Origin: Octopus vulgaris
Taxonomy: Eukaryota
Length of the DNA: 64,000 nt
Direction: 5' to 3'
Assembly (NCBI GenBank): GCA_951406725.2
Contig: OX597826.1
Location: 45,818,001-45,882,000, forward strand
Shown: positions 1-12,484 of the stretch, piece after piece
Layout of the letters: the number at the start of each line of letters is the position of its first letter
Numbering within the stretch: position 1 is the first letter of the stretch
Translations under genes and position numbers: made by a program
The notes under the pieces: model-generated
The model's database searches: none
Seen by the model: only the letters and a program-made list of their open reading frames with translations
Told to the model about the DNA's origin: nothing

Positions 1-57
1 TTCACTAAATCCTTGTCCCAAAAAATTCAAGAAGAAAGGGTTATTTTTATTATTATA

Positions 58-260
58 GACGGTAAGCTGGCAGAACCGTTAGCACACCAGGTAAAATACT
101 TCGTCTGTTTTTATGTTCTGAGTTAAAAGTCCGCTGAGATCGACTTTGCCTTTCATCCTTTCAGGGTCGATAAATCAAGTATCAGTTGAATACTGGGGTC
201 GAGGTAATCAATTATTCCCTTCCTCGAAATTGCTGGCCTTCTATCAAAATTTGGAATCAT
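58..260 (+). mobile_element. SINE family B (tRNA-like head + conserved central domain), older copy
   Basis: ggtaagctggcagaaccgttagcac head; core gactttgcctttcatcctttcagggtcgataaa recurring many times in the window. Confidence 0.8.
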
Positions 261-686
261 TATTACCTTCGCCTTTGCGAAGGCGGAGGTATTATATTCA
301 CTTGTGTTTGTCTGTCCGTGGACAGGATATCTCAAAAACTGCTGGGTGGATTCGGATGAAACTTTTAGGGATGTTTGGCCTCGTGACAGCCACGAACTGA
401 TTGGATTTTGGGGTCAATATGGGCAGGGTTTCTGGATTATTTGTTATATTTACTTTACATGATTACGATCCTACGTTGACTTTCAAGTCTTTCTTAATTA
501 TCTCCCTTTAGGATGTTTCCAAAGTTTTATCGTCGTTTCTCTATTATTAATTTTACTCGCGTCTCTATTTTAGTGAAAACTGAAGGATAAAAAACTCAAA
601 CTACATAAACAAACGGCAGTAAAACCGTTCAGAAATTAAATAAATCTAACAGATTTTTATAATATAAATATTATATATTATACATA

Positions 687-857
687 GGCGCAAGAGTGGC
701 TGTGTGGTAAGTAGCTTGTTTACCAACCACATTGTTCCGGGTTCAGTCCCACTGCGTGGTACCTTGGGTAAGTGTCTTCTACTATAGCCTCGGGCCGACC
801 AAAGCCTTGTGAGTGGATTTGGTAGACAGAAACTGAAAGAAGCCCGTCGTATATATG

Positions 858-894
<37 letters not shown>

Positions 895-1097
895 CTGTGT
901 TTGTCCCCTAGCATTGCTTGACAACCGATGCTGGTGTGTTTATGTCTCCGTTACTTAGCGGTTCGGCAAAAGAGACCGATAGAATAAGTACCGGGCTTAC
1001 AAAAGAATAAGTCCCGGGGTCGAGTTGCTCGATTAAAGGCGGTGCTCCAGCATGGCCGCAGTCAAATGACTGAAACAAGTAAAAGAGTAAAAGAGTA
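687..1097 (+). mobile_element. SINE family A, full length (tRNA-derived head, CORE-like region, internal TA/TG microsatellite, CR1-like LINE tail)
   Basis: A-box-like gtggctgtgtggtaag, B-box ggttcagtccc, tail ggcggtgctccagcatggccgcagtcaaatgactgaaacaag(taaaagag)n; near-identical copies elsewhere. Confidence 0.88.
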
Positions 1098-1547
1098 TAT
1101 TAACACTTCACAGTATACTTACATATATACATACATCTATACATCGATATAAAACAACAGGATTACTAAAAGAAGGCCGGAGTTTAAGAGAAGAGAAAAC
1201 CAAAAGGTTTTATGTTATTCATTTAAAAATTCCTGAATAGAACTTATTATTACTACCGTCTTTAAAACTATTTTGAATGGTGAATTTTGTTAACTTTGGC
1301 TTGTAGATAAGGATAAACTATCTATTACTGTTACTAAATTTTCTACAGCCAGCTTCACATTCCATGACTACTATTGGGATCGATCTGGTACCGGACAAAG
1401 ATTCTGGATTATTTTTCTGGTTTATTTTTTAATTAATTTTTGAGAGCGGTCAGGTTCATTTTTAACATTTTCGTTTGTAAGAGCAGTCAAGTTTATTTCA
1501 GATATTCTCATTTTAAAAATCATCTCTGGCTAATCGTTGGGAGGACG

Positions 1548-2524
1548 CCGCTGTCGCCTCAGGCTGTTGGTAGGTCGTTCTGCTGGAGTTTTTCATAGTG
1601 TTGGGACGTGTGGAGTTTTTGTGCTGAAGTTTCGTGTTGGTGTTCGTTTGAACACTTTTGTGAACTGTTTTCGCTGCTTTGTGGAAGCTTGTTTGTGCTT
1701 TCCCTCCTCTTGTGAGGAGGATTGGCCCAATGGAAGGGAATATTTATGGGAGTGTTTTATTCGGACCTCAGCGGTTCTGAGTTGTCTTCTTCCGAGGGCG
1801 AGTTGTTGCGGACCGTGGGAGGTGTGGACAGGAGGGTGAAGGAGGGCGGAAGGTTCGCAGGTGTGGCGGGGCGCCGGGAGGACGAGGTGGACATGGGAGG
1901 GATTGCTAGCTGTACGAAGGTAATGGGTGGGGACGGTTCTGGTATGGAGTTGTCCCCCTCCGCGTAGGGAGCATTGAGGAACTTGGGACAGAGAGAGCAA
2001 TATCGCGCAGGACATTTTCGGTGGAAGCGGGCAGGGTTGGTGTTGTGACTGGGGGGGCTTGTTGAAGGGGAACTGGGGCAAATTTGGCGGGACATTGTGT
2101 GCATTGCGGGAGGAGCAGAATTCGGAATGGTGGAGGCAAGGTTTGAAAGCGTCATGATTTCGAAAAACTGTCTGCAAGCAATAATAAATCTCTGAACGAG
2201 ATGTAAAGAAAGAATATATTAGAATATAAAAGTGAACATAGAATGTGGAAAGTGGAACTAGATAGGAATATACTGCCAGGCTTTGTGACTTATGATGAGT
2301 TGCTGAAAGAACATGGGATAGATATTTTGGAGGGAACAGGATACAAAAGGAGTTAAAGGTAGAAATGACGCTACTCGGAGGTGGGGGCGTGTAGCCTCAT
2401 TACACTTTTTCATTTGTCATTTCATGTTTCTCATACGTTGTCCTATTTTTTTCTCTGTTTTGTTTCCCCACATGTAATGTATTGTCCCTTCTGTCTTCGT
2501 CCCTTGGTGGGTAATAAAAAGATT
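1548..2524 (+). mobile_element. ORF1-only Tx1/L1-like non-autonomous retroelement, internally deleted and A-to-G hypermutated
   Basis: YSDLSGSELSSSEGELL motif homologous to 27603/29451 ORFs; 2152-2524 nearly identical to 31032-31414; ends gtgggtaataaaaa. Confidence 0.8.
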
Positions 2525-3007
2525 AGAACCTTGGTGTTATCTTGGCGTTACCTAGGCGGAGGTTTGCGCACTCTTAGTGCTCTTATTATTATTATCATCA
2601 TCATCATCATTATTATTATTCAACATTTGATAGTTTCAGGCAAATTTCTACTGCACCACCCGCATCACCTCCGTGTTCCTGCGGCGTGTACACCATTGTG
2701 TGTTCTTGGGAGCGTGCAAGCTCTTCCCGGTATTGTATTGCACCTCAGTTTCTTATCCATAAGCAACAACATCCGGTAGATTAATCGAGTAGCTAGAGCG
2801 CTAATCCTTCCGATTCTTTACGCTCTAAGTTAATATTCCGCCGTGGAGACAACTTTGTCTTTACTCTCTCCAGACTCAATGAAATTGACTACAATCTCGC
2901 CGAAACTTCCAGCATTTGTTCTTATGCTAGATACAATTATGATTTACAAGGTAAACGAGTTTGTGCATGGCTTCTGCTTATCAGATTCTATTGATAGCGT
3001 GTTTGTC

Positions 3008-3990
3008 AACTCGACGTTATGGCAGAAGACAGTTGCTCAAAAGGCCAGGCATTCAGATCGAACCAAGGACCAAATAGGTGTAAAGCGATCTTCTAAACCA
3101 CACAGCCATGTTAACGTACCTAATGTAGCAAGCATTAACTGTAGCTAATTAATGTAGCTAATTAGAAATATCAGAATGGTAATAATGTTTACGATACTCT
3201 TGAATTAGGAAACTCGACGTTATGGCAGAAGACAGTTGCTCAAAAGGCCAGGCATTCAGATCGAACCAAGGACCAAATAGGTGTAAAGCGATCTTCTAAA
3301 CCACAGCCATGTTAACATACCTAATGTAGCAAGCATTAACTGTAAATAATTAATGTAGCTAATTAGAAATATCAGAATGGTAATAATGTTTACGATACTC
3401 TTGAATTAGGAAACTCACACTGAACTTGTCTGGCCCTACTTTAGAGGCGGACGTTCATTAATTAATTACGTCCCATGACAGGCTTTTTTGTGTTTACATG
3501 GACAGGAAATCTTGACGTTATGGTAGAAGACAAAAAGGCCAGGCATTCAGATCGAACCAAAGACCCAAATTAGGCTCGACGTTATGGCAGAAGACAGTTC
3601 AGATCAGATCGACCAAGGGCCAAATAGGAAATTAGGACCAAATTAGGAAACTCGACGTTATGGCAGAAGACAGTTACTCAAAAGGCCAGGCATTCAGATC
3701 GAACCAAGGGCCAAATAGGAAATTAGGACCAAATTAGGAAACTCGACGTTATGGCAGAAGATAGTTGCTCAAAAGGCCAGGCACTCAGATCGAACCATGG
3801 ACCAAATAGGTGTAAAGCGAACTTCTAAACCTCACAGCCATGTTAACATACCTAATGTAGCAAGCATTAACTGTAGCTAATTAACGTGGCTAATTAGAAA
3901 TATCAGAATGGTAATAATGTTTACGATACTCTTGAATTAGGAAACTCGACGTTATGGCTGAAGATAGTTGCTCAAAAGGCCAGGCATTCA
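3008..3990. repeat. Tandem repeat with 203-bp unit plus truncated units
   Basis: aactcgacgttatggcagaagacagttgctcaaaaggccaggcattcag recurs at ~3008, 3211, 3513, 3575, 3650, 3741, 3944. Confidence 0.92.
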
Positions 3991-4417
3991 AATAAGGGCC
4001 AGGCAAATAGAAAGAGTCTCTAGATAAAACGTCTTTGATCATAGATCTACTCAACCATGGTTGATGCGGGATTAAACAATAACAACTTTGTACGGTTGCT
4101 CGATCTGCTGAAAATGACAGCTAAATCCTCCTCAAATTCTATTACTATCCTGTAAATACTTGTGAGCGAGTATGGCTTGGTCACATGATCAACGGTTTCG
4201 CTAATTGTTATAGACACGCTCTCGATTCTCATAATCTTGGCTCAACGGTACAGCTAAGATATAACATTCAGCTGACACTCGTTTTTAACTGGGTAGACAA
4301 ACAGCGTGAAGCGAAGTGAACTGCCGTGTTCCCAGAGTCTTTGCGTCACTCACTCCAGAAATAAAACTTGAGGACCAGTGTCCCCTCTGATTATTACTAT
4401 CATCATTATTATTATTA

Positions 4418-4770
4418 ATAACCTACACTCGCCTCCTTATGAGAGCTCAAAATCTCTCGTGGAAGCGCCATCCAACCAAAATGCAAATATATGGGAAACT
4501 ACCACCTGCGTCATCTCTTGTGAAAGGTAGGAGAGTCCAGTTTGCTGGACATTGTTGTAGAGCTGAAAAAGAAGTAATTTCTACTCTTCTCCTCTGGAAG
4601 CCATCTACTCGCAATACCAGAGGGCGCACACGCTCCTACCCTGATGTAATATCCAGGGATACAGGCATCCAGCAACAGGACCTCCGTAATGCCATGATGG
4701 ACCGTGAAGTCTGGCGTAGCATGGTAAATTCCATTGTCTCGACCACGGTCGAACAATGATGATGATGATG
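4418..4770 (+). mobile_element. RTE/RTEX-clade LINE, 5'-truncated 3' end
   Basis: ORF ...RRVQFAGHCCRA...LLLWKP...AMMDREVWRSMV typical of the RTE C-terminus; (tga)n tail. Confidence 0.82.
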
Positions 4771-4897
4771 ATTATTATTATTGCTTTGAGTGTGCGCAGA
4801 AATTTGCGTTGCATGCAAATTTTGTCTTACTTGCCAAAATATTACTTTCATTTCTTTGTTGCAAAACATGTGTGTGTACACACAAAGGCACAGTTTA

Positions 4898-5150
4898 GAG
4901 TGGTTCTCAACCATTTCTTGCTTATGACCCCGCTTAATTCCCATTTTACTCTAGCGGACCCCCAATAGCCATTTAACGTTTTAAATCTCCTATTATAGTT
5001 GTATTATTAGATATTATTAGGAATTGTATAAGAAAACTGTTAGAATATTTTGTGTACTGTAAAAGTATAACTGATTTCTCGCATATAAACTTTAACAAAA
5101 TCTTACGTGGACTCCTAAAAATTATGTGAACCCCAGTTGAAATCCATTGG
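4898..5150 (+). mobile_element. hAT-like MITE
   Basis: Termini agtggttctcaacc ... agttgaaatccattgg; homologous to inverted copy at 5766-6022. Confidence 0.6.
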
Positions 5151-5406
5151 TTTAGAGGGAACACTGCAAACGACATTATTATTGCGAGCCCAACATCCTA
5201 ACCACTGGGCTACGCACCATGAAATTTGACAAAGTAGTCTTAGATAACACGTTGTTTCACAAAGGATGAAATAATATCATGGGTTACACAATAATTTACA
5301 TCATACTCAGCACGTTATTTTTTGAATAGCCACATAGGTCATTGCTTGGAATTATTTATTCACTATGGGTTAAGGGACGTAGTCTATTTATGCACATAAT
5401 ACTTTG

Positions 5407-5642
5407 TGGAGGCGCGTGGCTTAGTGGTTAGGGTATTAAACTCATGATCATAAAGTTGTGGTTTCGATTCCTGGACCGGGCGATGCGTTGTGTTCTTGAG
5501 CAAAACACTTCATTATCACGTTGCTCCAATCCGCTCAGCTCGCAAAAATGAGTAATCCTGCGACGGACCTGCGTCCCGTCCAGGTGGGGAATTTCTACCG
5601 GGAAACCTGTACTTATGAGCCTGGCATGGCTCGAGAAGGAAC
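5407..5642 (+). mobile_element. tRNA-derived SINE family C (V-domain-like core)
   Basis: gtggcttagtggttaggg A-box, ggtttcgattcc B-box, core tgtgttcttgagcaaaacacttca; minus-strand relatives at ~23890-24090, ~59780-59965, ~60430-60550. Confidence 0.72.
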
Positions 5643-5765
5643 ATATTGAACAATTTTCTTAGTTATTTCTAGAAAAAAAAGTCATTCTTAATACGTTTTG
5701 GCAGATCCGAACGTAGAGTATCTGATCGCTGTTGTTTATTGTAATCGGAGAATATCTCCTTTTAG

Positions 5766-6022
5766 ACCACACATTCTCAACCGGGTCCATATGACCTTTG
5801 GGGATCCATAAGATTTTGTCAATATTTATGTGTAATAAACCGGTTATACACAAAATACGATACACAAAATATTTTAACAATTTTTGTTTATGCAATTCCT
5901 AATAATATTTGGTTATGGAAATCTAATAGGATTTTTTAAAACACCGAATGGCTATGAGGGTCCACTGTAATAAAATAGGAATGAAAAGGGTCCGTCGGCA
6001 AAAAAATGGTTGAAAACCACTG
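5766..6022 (-). mobile_element. hAT-like MITE (second copy, inverted)
   Basis: Termini cattctcaacc ... ggttgaaaaccactg; internal similarity to 4898-5150. Confidence 0.6.
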
Positions 6023-6330
6023 TTTTGCATGATGCATGATCATAACACACAACTCGCGGGAGTAAAGGGGACTTTGATAAACTGCAGTGTTTCGACATCG
6101 CTGTATGTCTCCTCAAAGCTTCTCCGCCGGAACGATGCATCTAACAAGATGTTCGCGCTCGTCGGCCTGGTAGGGTAGCTATGACTGAAGAGATAAAACT
6201 CGGTGTAAAAAGTCTCATTACAACGTTGAGTCGAGTACTATGAACACACGTCTAAAGAAAAATGTTCTTCGATAACGAAAAACAACAACGATATTTACGT
6301 TCAAATCTCGTAAAACGTTGTGAGTGACTA

Positions 6331-6550
6331 CAGCAATTCCTCGCCTTATTGCGGTTCACTTATCGCGGTTTATTCGTTAAGCTTGCGTCAATTCCTCCAT
6401 GGTTTTGTTTTGCATTTATAATAAAAATATATACAAATTATAAAAATATAATAAAAAATATATAAAGTACAGTATTGTTTCTACTTCGCGGATTTTCGCG
6501 TATCGCGGGTTTTTGTTAACAGAACACCCGCGATAGTCAAGGGATTACTG
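6331..6550. mobile_element. Tc1/mariner (pogo/Tigger-like) MITE
   Basis: TIRs cagcaattcctcg / aagggattactg flanked by TA on both sides. Confidence 0.75.
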
Positions 6551-6687
6551 TAGATGCATTGTGTAGATTCTCGCTGTTCTTCGTGCACCCTATGAATTAT
6601 TGCTCTGCTTCCGCAGATTTAAGTTACGTCTTGTATGGTTTTCCGTTAAATGACAACCCTAACAGTTGTCTTCTTGTAGGGTTTTAT

Positions 6688-6797
6688 AGAATCATTACTT
6701 TATGGAATCGTTACTTTAGGGAATCGTTACTTTAGGGAATCGTTACTTTACAGAATCGTTACTTTATAGAATCGTTACTTTATAGAATCGTTACTTT
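6688..6797. repeat. 16-bp minisatellite (gaatcgttactttaNN)
   Basis: About seven tandem copies visible. Confidence 0.9.
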
Positions 6798-6981
6798 TCT
6801 TCTTCCTTACGGATGCAAAGGGGCCTTCTGTGTAATCACCCATCTTCCTATAAACAGCAACTGAATCTCGCAAATCACAACATACGATCAGTGTCTATGA
6901 GAGATAAGATTCAGCTGGCACGTTGGTCCCAGAGCTCAGAGAGCCGAAGAGGGGCTTGTGACAATCCACCAGGTCTCTCTC

Positions 6982-7031
<50 letters not shown>

Positions 7032-8458
7032 ACACGCGCGCGCATACTTTAGATCTTGAGGAACCCTACTTCCCCCTCGGGACTGCGAAATCAGACTTGA
7101 TCTACTTTGTTAAATTTCTCCTTATATTGGAAGGGCGAATTCGATGATGGTGCCTGACGTAACCTATGTCAGAAAAGGCGAGAATGACTTTATTCATAGA
7201 TCCGCTCCATTAAAAGTGAACCAGGGCTAAATAACAACAAAAACTACAGGCTAGGGAATAAGGTAGTAATTAAATCTGTGTTTTTTTTTTTACAGAATTT
7301 TTTTTTTTAACAGAATTGCTACACCGTATGATTCGACGGTGATATCTATACATTCTTTTACTTTCTTCAGTGATTGGACTGTGGCCACGCTATGGCACCG
7401 ACTAGAAATGTTTAGTTGATCAAATTGATTCCAGTACATTTTAAAGTTTGGTAGTTATTTTATCGGTAACTTTTGTCGAACCGCTAGTTGCAGAGACGTA
7501 AACACTCCATCATCGGTTCAAAAGCATAAGTCTGTATTTACTTAACAAAAGCTAGTCTATTAACAACATTAACTGCTTCTACTCCTATCAAGATTGCAGA
7601 ACACTCAAACGACACACAGACACACACACGGGCGGGCGCACGCGTGCTAGATGGCAATTTCATTATATATATTAATCTTACTCATTAATATAATCACAAA
7701 ACTTAATGTAAAACATTTGTTATATCAATGCTTGAAATTTGGTGGCATTGGGTGTCACACAACACCCAATACAAAAAACCACCACACGCCACTGGCACTT
7801 ACATAAATATATACATGCATGCACACACTTTTTCATACGGTGTTTTGCATAAGGTATTAGTCAGTTCGGACATTTGGACACGTTGGTGTACTGAGGGATT
7901 AAACCCGAAGTGAATTTCTTAATCACAGTGCCATGTCTACGCATGCATAACTGACATAAAGATTTTCAGATAATAGAAATGTAACAATCGATCAATCAAT
8001 AATGGAAAATACAATTAATAAATAAATGATAATGGTTGATATTTCTATAATAAAATACTGCTATTTGTGTTGTTCCGGTGAAAATTGTAAACATTGAAGA
8101 GGAGACTAAAATATATTGAAAATTTCAGTATGCAAGAGTGGCTGAGGGTTAGAAGTGTGCTACCTAAACAGTTGGTTCTAGGTTCAAACCCAAAGACTGG
8201 AAAATTGATCGAGTGCCTACTACTACAGCTGTGAACTAACCAAAATGGATATACTAGGCGGAAATTGAAAGAAGCCCACCCAAACACAGAGAAATATATA
8301 TATACATACATACATGCACATACATACATATATATATATAAATATATACACACAGATACATAACATATACATACATTTATATGCAGACATACATATACAG
8401 ACAAACATATACATATAAATACATATACATATAAACACATAAACACACTTAAACATAC

Positions 8459-8505
<47 letters not shown>

Positions 8506-8822
8506 CATACATACAAATAACAAACTCACATACACACAAAGTTGCATGGGCACTTTCGTTTTGGAATCAGCAGTACGTCATTATCTCCCCTGTCCAACAC
8601 ATTTTGTCCAACTAGTCGCTATGATTGACCGTCAAATGCACGGGATTGTTTTTCTCTCACTGTATATCCACGAATTCCTTTCTGTTGAAGAGCGTAGGCG
8701 CGAAACATAAACGACTTTCTCAACTTTCCGACCGTCAAACAAATGCATTCGCTTGTTGTTTATACACTTATCTTGGTCTTTTGTGTTCTTTTACATTTCA
8801 AATATATATATATATATATATA

Positions 8823-10053
8823 TGTTTCAGCTCAGAGCTGCGGCCATGCTGATGCACCACCGTTTTGTGCTACACTGTTATTACTAAGAGCCACCTCTAA
8901 TATGTGGTCAAGAATGGAGTTTGATATAGCTACCCTCATTTGCACCTCTTGCCGTGAGGTAGGTTCATCTGGGATTCTCGACAGGAAGAGGTCCAGCTTT
9001 GATTTAAAAACCGCTACATCTATTTTGTGCAAGTTCCTCAGACTCTTTGGGAGAATATTAAAAAGCTGTGAGCCCTTGAAACCCAGGCTGTTGCAGTAGC
9101 TGGTCCTGAAGCGTGATGGCATTGCTGGGATCTTTGGCACTATGCAGTGTCGTCCCGTTCTAGCATTGGTGTAGCTTACAATGCCAAAATTTGGCACAAT
9201 TCCTTCCAGGATCTTCCAGATATATATTACTGCATACCTCTCCCATCTTCTCTCCAGGGAGAAGAGTCTTAGCTGTTTCAACCTTTCCCAGTAGCTGAGC
9301 TGTTGCAAAGAGACGATCTTCTTTGTGAATCTTCTCTGGATTGCTTCAAGGTCAGCTGTTAATTTCACACTGGTGGGTGACCATAGCTGTGAGCAGTAAT
9401 CCAGACGGCTGAGGACGAATGTCCGCCAGAAGACCATCATGGTTTCCTTATCTCTGGTTCTGAATGTTCTTAGGATCCATCCAGCCAGTCGTCTGCACTT
9501 TGTCGCCATCCTGGTAATGTGCACTTGGAAAGAGGTATCATCACTCATGTCGATACCCAGGTCCCTCACAGACTTAGGCTCTGGGATTGAAATTCCCTGT
9601 GGACCGGTGTACCCTGTAAGTTTAGTATTCAGTTTTGGATGCTGGTAGCGCAGGGCCTGGAATTTTTCAGCATTAAACTGCATATTATTATCCTCAGCCC
9701 ATCTGTAGATTGAGTCCAACTCCTGCTGCAGGTGTGCAACATCACTGGGGTTCTGTATTTTCTGCGAGACTTTCGTATCGTCTGCATAGCTTGCCAGAGT
9801 GGCTATCCGGACATTTGAGGGCATATCTGAGAGGGCCACTATAAAAAGCAGTGGTCCCAAGACAGTGCCCTATGGAACACCGCTCACTATTTGTGTGTTC
9901 ATAGAGGTGGCTCCATTAACCACTACTGCCTGACTCTTACCTTTCAGGAAGTCATGTAACCACTGCCCAAGTTTTCCAGCTATATCAAGCAAGGTCACGC
10001 AGTTTGGGGCATATCATACCATGATCCACCTTGTCATAAGCTTTTGCAAAATC
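8823..10053 (-). mobile_element. CR1/Crack-like LINE, 3' part with reverse transcriptase (342-aa open frame 8832-9860, disrupted upstream)
   Basis: [44 protein letters not shown] motifs; 3' tail ggtgcatcagcatggccgcagctctgagctgaaac. Confidence 0.92.
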
Positions 10054-10397
10054 AATATATATATATATACATACATATGTACGTATTGCGAAAAAAGAAA
10101 GGCCGTCGTAACACCGATTATACCTGCGACTCCACCTATGAATATGTAAAGAAGGAATTTTATTCCGAAATATCATCGGACTATGAATGACTGAATTACA
10201 ACAGTTATATAGTCCATTGTTTGTATTATAGTGCATTGAGAGAAAAAATATATATATAAACACACACACATATATATATATATATAGAGAGAGAGTGAGA
10301 GATAGATATATAGATAGATATATAGATAGATAGATAGTTAGACAGATAGACAGATAGATAGATATACATATATACACATATACATATATATATGCAC

Positions 10398-10428
<31 letters not shown>

Positions 10429-10664
10429 AACACATATGCACATGTATATATACACACACATATATATACACATACACATATTTACATATACACAGATATA
10501 TATACACACACATATACACACACATATATACACACACATATATATATATACACATATATATATACACACACACATATCTATACATACACATTACATATAT
10601 ATATATATATATATACATACACACACGTATAGATGTAAGTATGTACATATACGTATATATATAA

Positions 10665-10985
10665 AAGAGTGGATGAGAATAATATGCAGTTCAATGGCGC
10701 AAAATTCCAATCACTCCGCTATCACCCCACAAACAAACTACAGCTGAAGTACACGGGACCACCAGGCAATGCAATCTCAGAGTCACCAGGGAATCCACAT
10801 GAGTAACGACACAGCTTTCCATGAGCACATTGCTCAGATGGCAATGTCCACACGCAGGCAGGTGGAAGGTTGGTTCCTTACATCCTTCAAGACCAGGAAC
10901 AGAGACACAGTCCTCAGTCGTCTCAACTACTGCTCCCAACTGTGGTCCCCACAAAATGTAAAACTAATTGCAGAACTAGGAGCGA
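10665..10985 (+). mobile_element. Older fragment of the same CR1-like LINE RT, opposite orientation
   Basis: NNMQFN and [14 protein letters not shown] similarity to the 8832-9860 ORF. Confidence 0.8.
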
Positions 10986-10989
10986 CACG

Positions 10990-11562
10990 CATACATACAT
11001 ATATATATATATTCATACATATATATACAAGTACGTATATACATAAATATATATATATATATTCATACATATATATACAAGTACGTATATACATAAATAT
11101 ATATATATATATATCATACATATATATACAAGTACGTATATACATAAATATATATATATATTCATACATATATATACAAGTACGTATATACATAAATATA
11201 TATATATATATTCATACATAATATATATACAAGTACGTATATACATAAATATATATATATATATTCATACATATATATACAAGTACGTATATACATAAAT
11301 ATATATATATATATTCATACATATATATACAAGTACGTATATACATAAATATATTCATACATATATATACAAGTACGTATATACATAAATATATTCATAC
11401 ATATATATACAAGTACGTATATACATAAATATATTCATACATATATATACAAGTACGTATATACATAAATATATATATATATATTCATACATATATATAC
11501 AAGTACGTATATACATAAATATATATATATATTCATACATATATATACAAGTACGTATATAC

Positions 11563-11580
<18 letters not shown>
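10990..11580. repeat. ~40-50-bp minisatellite attcatacatatatatacaagtacgtatatacataaat(at)n
   Basis: More than 10 tandem units differing only in (at)n length. Confidence 0.92.
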
Positions 11581-11598
<18 letters not shown>

Positions 11599-12480
11599 AT
11601 AAATATACATATATATATTTGTATAAATATACATATATACACATATAAATATACATATATACACATATAAATATACATATATATACATATAAATATACAT
11701 ATATATACATATAAATAGAAACATATATATACATGTATAAATATATACAAACATATGTACATATATATATACATATATATATGCATACAAACATATGTAT
11801 ACATATACATGCATATATACATACAAACATATATACGCATATACATACATATATATATACATACATATACATACATACACATATATACATGCATGTATAT
11901 ATACAAACACATATATACGTATATATACATACATACACATATATACATGCATGTATATATACAAACACATATATACGTATATATACATACACATACATGT
12001 ATACATATACATACAAATACATAAATATATATATACATACATATATACATACATTCGAACATATATGCATACAATCGTAGATACATACATAGTTGAGATT
12101 TACAGAAAAACGAAAGACGAAGACAGGTGTATAAACAATAAGTAGGTGCATTAGTTTAATGCTCGGGAAGGTGAGAAAGTCTTTTACGTTTCGAACACGA
12201 GGGAATATACAGAAAGAAAATAAAATGTATATATATGTACATACATCCATATAAATACGCATACATAGATGCACATACATATACATACATAATACAACAT
12301 ACACATACGTAACACATACATACGTATACATACACATACGTAACACATACATAGTATACATACATACATACACACACATACATATACATACAAACATGCA
12401 TGCATACATACACATACATACATGCATACATAATACATACTTGCATACATATACATGCATACATAATACATACATACATA
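11580..12480. repeat. Degenerate AT/AC microsatellite tract with a Penelope-type terminal fragment at ~12085-12230
   Basis: Low-complexity sequence; ttttacgtttcga motif. Confidence 0.75.
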
Positions 12481-12484
12481 TGTA

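Larger units (their letters stand above)
260..2584 (+). mobile_element. Non-autonomous Helentron-type element (HINE/DINE-1-like), copy 1, carrying nested insertions
   Basis: 5' tattaccttcgcct..aggcggaggt subTIR hairpin; gtttgtctgtccgt tract; 3' subTIR aggcggaggt (2554-2563) followed by stem-loop gcact-ctt-agtgc; lies in a TT-rich site. Confidence 0.75.

Noticed and set aside
646-924. Recurrent ORFs ending [31 protein letters not shown] or RPRKDERQSRPRRNLNSE
   Set aside because: Incidental antisense frames of SINE families A and B.
3008-3990. CRISPR-like appearance of repeated units (also 10990-11580)
   Set aside because: No unique spacers of constant length, no cas genes and a eukaryotic context; these are tandem repeats.
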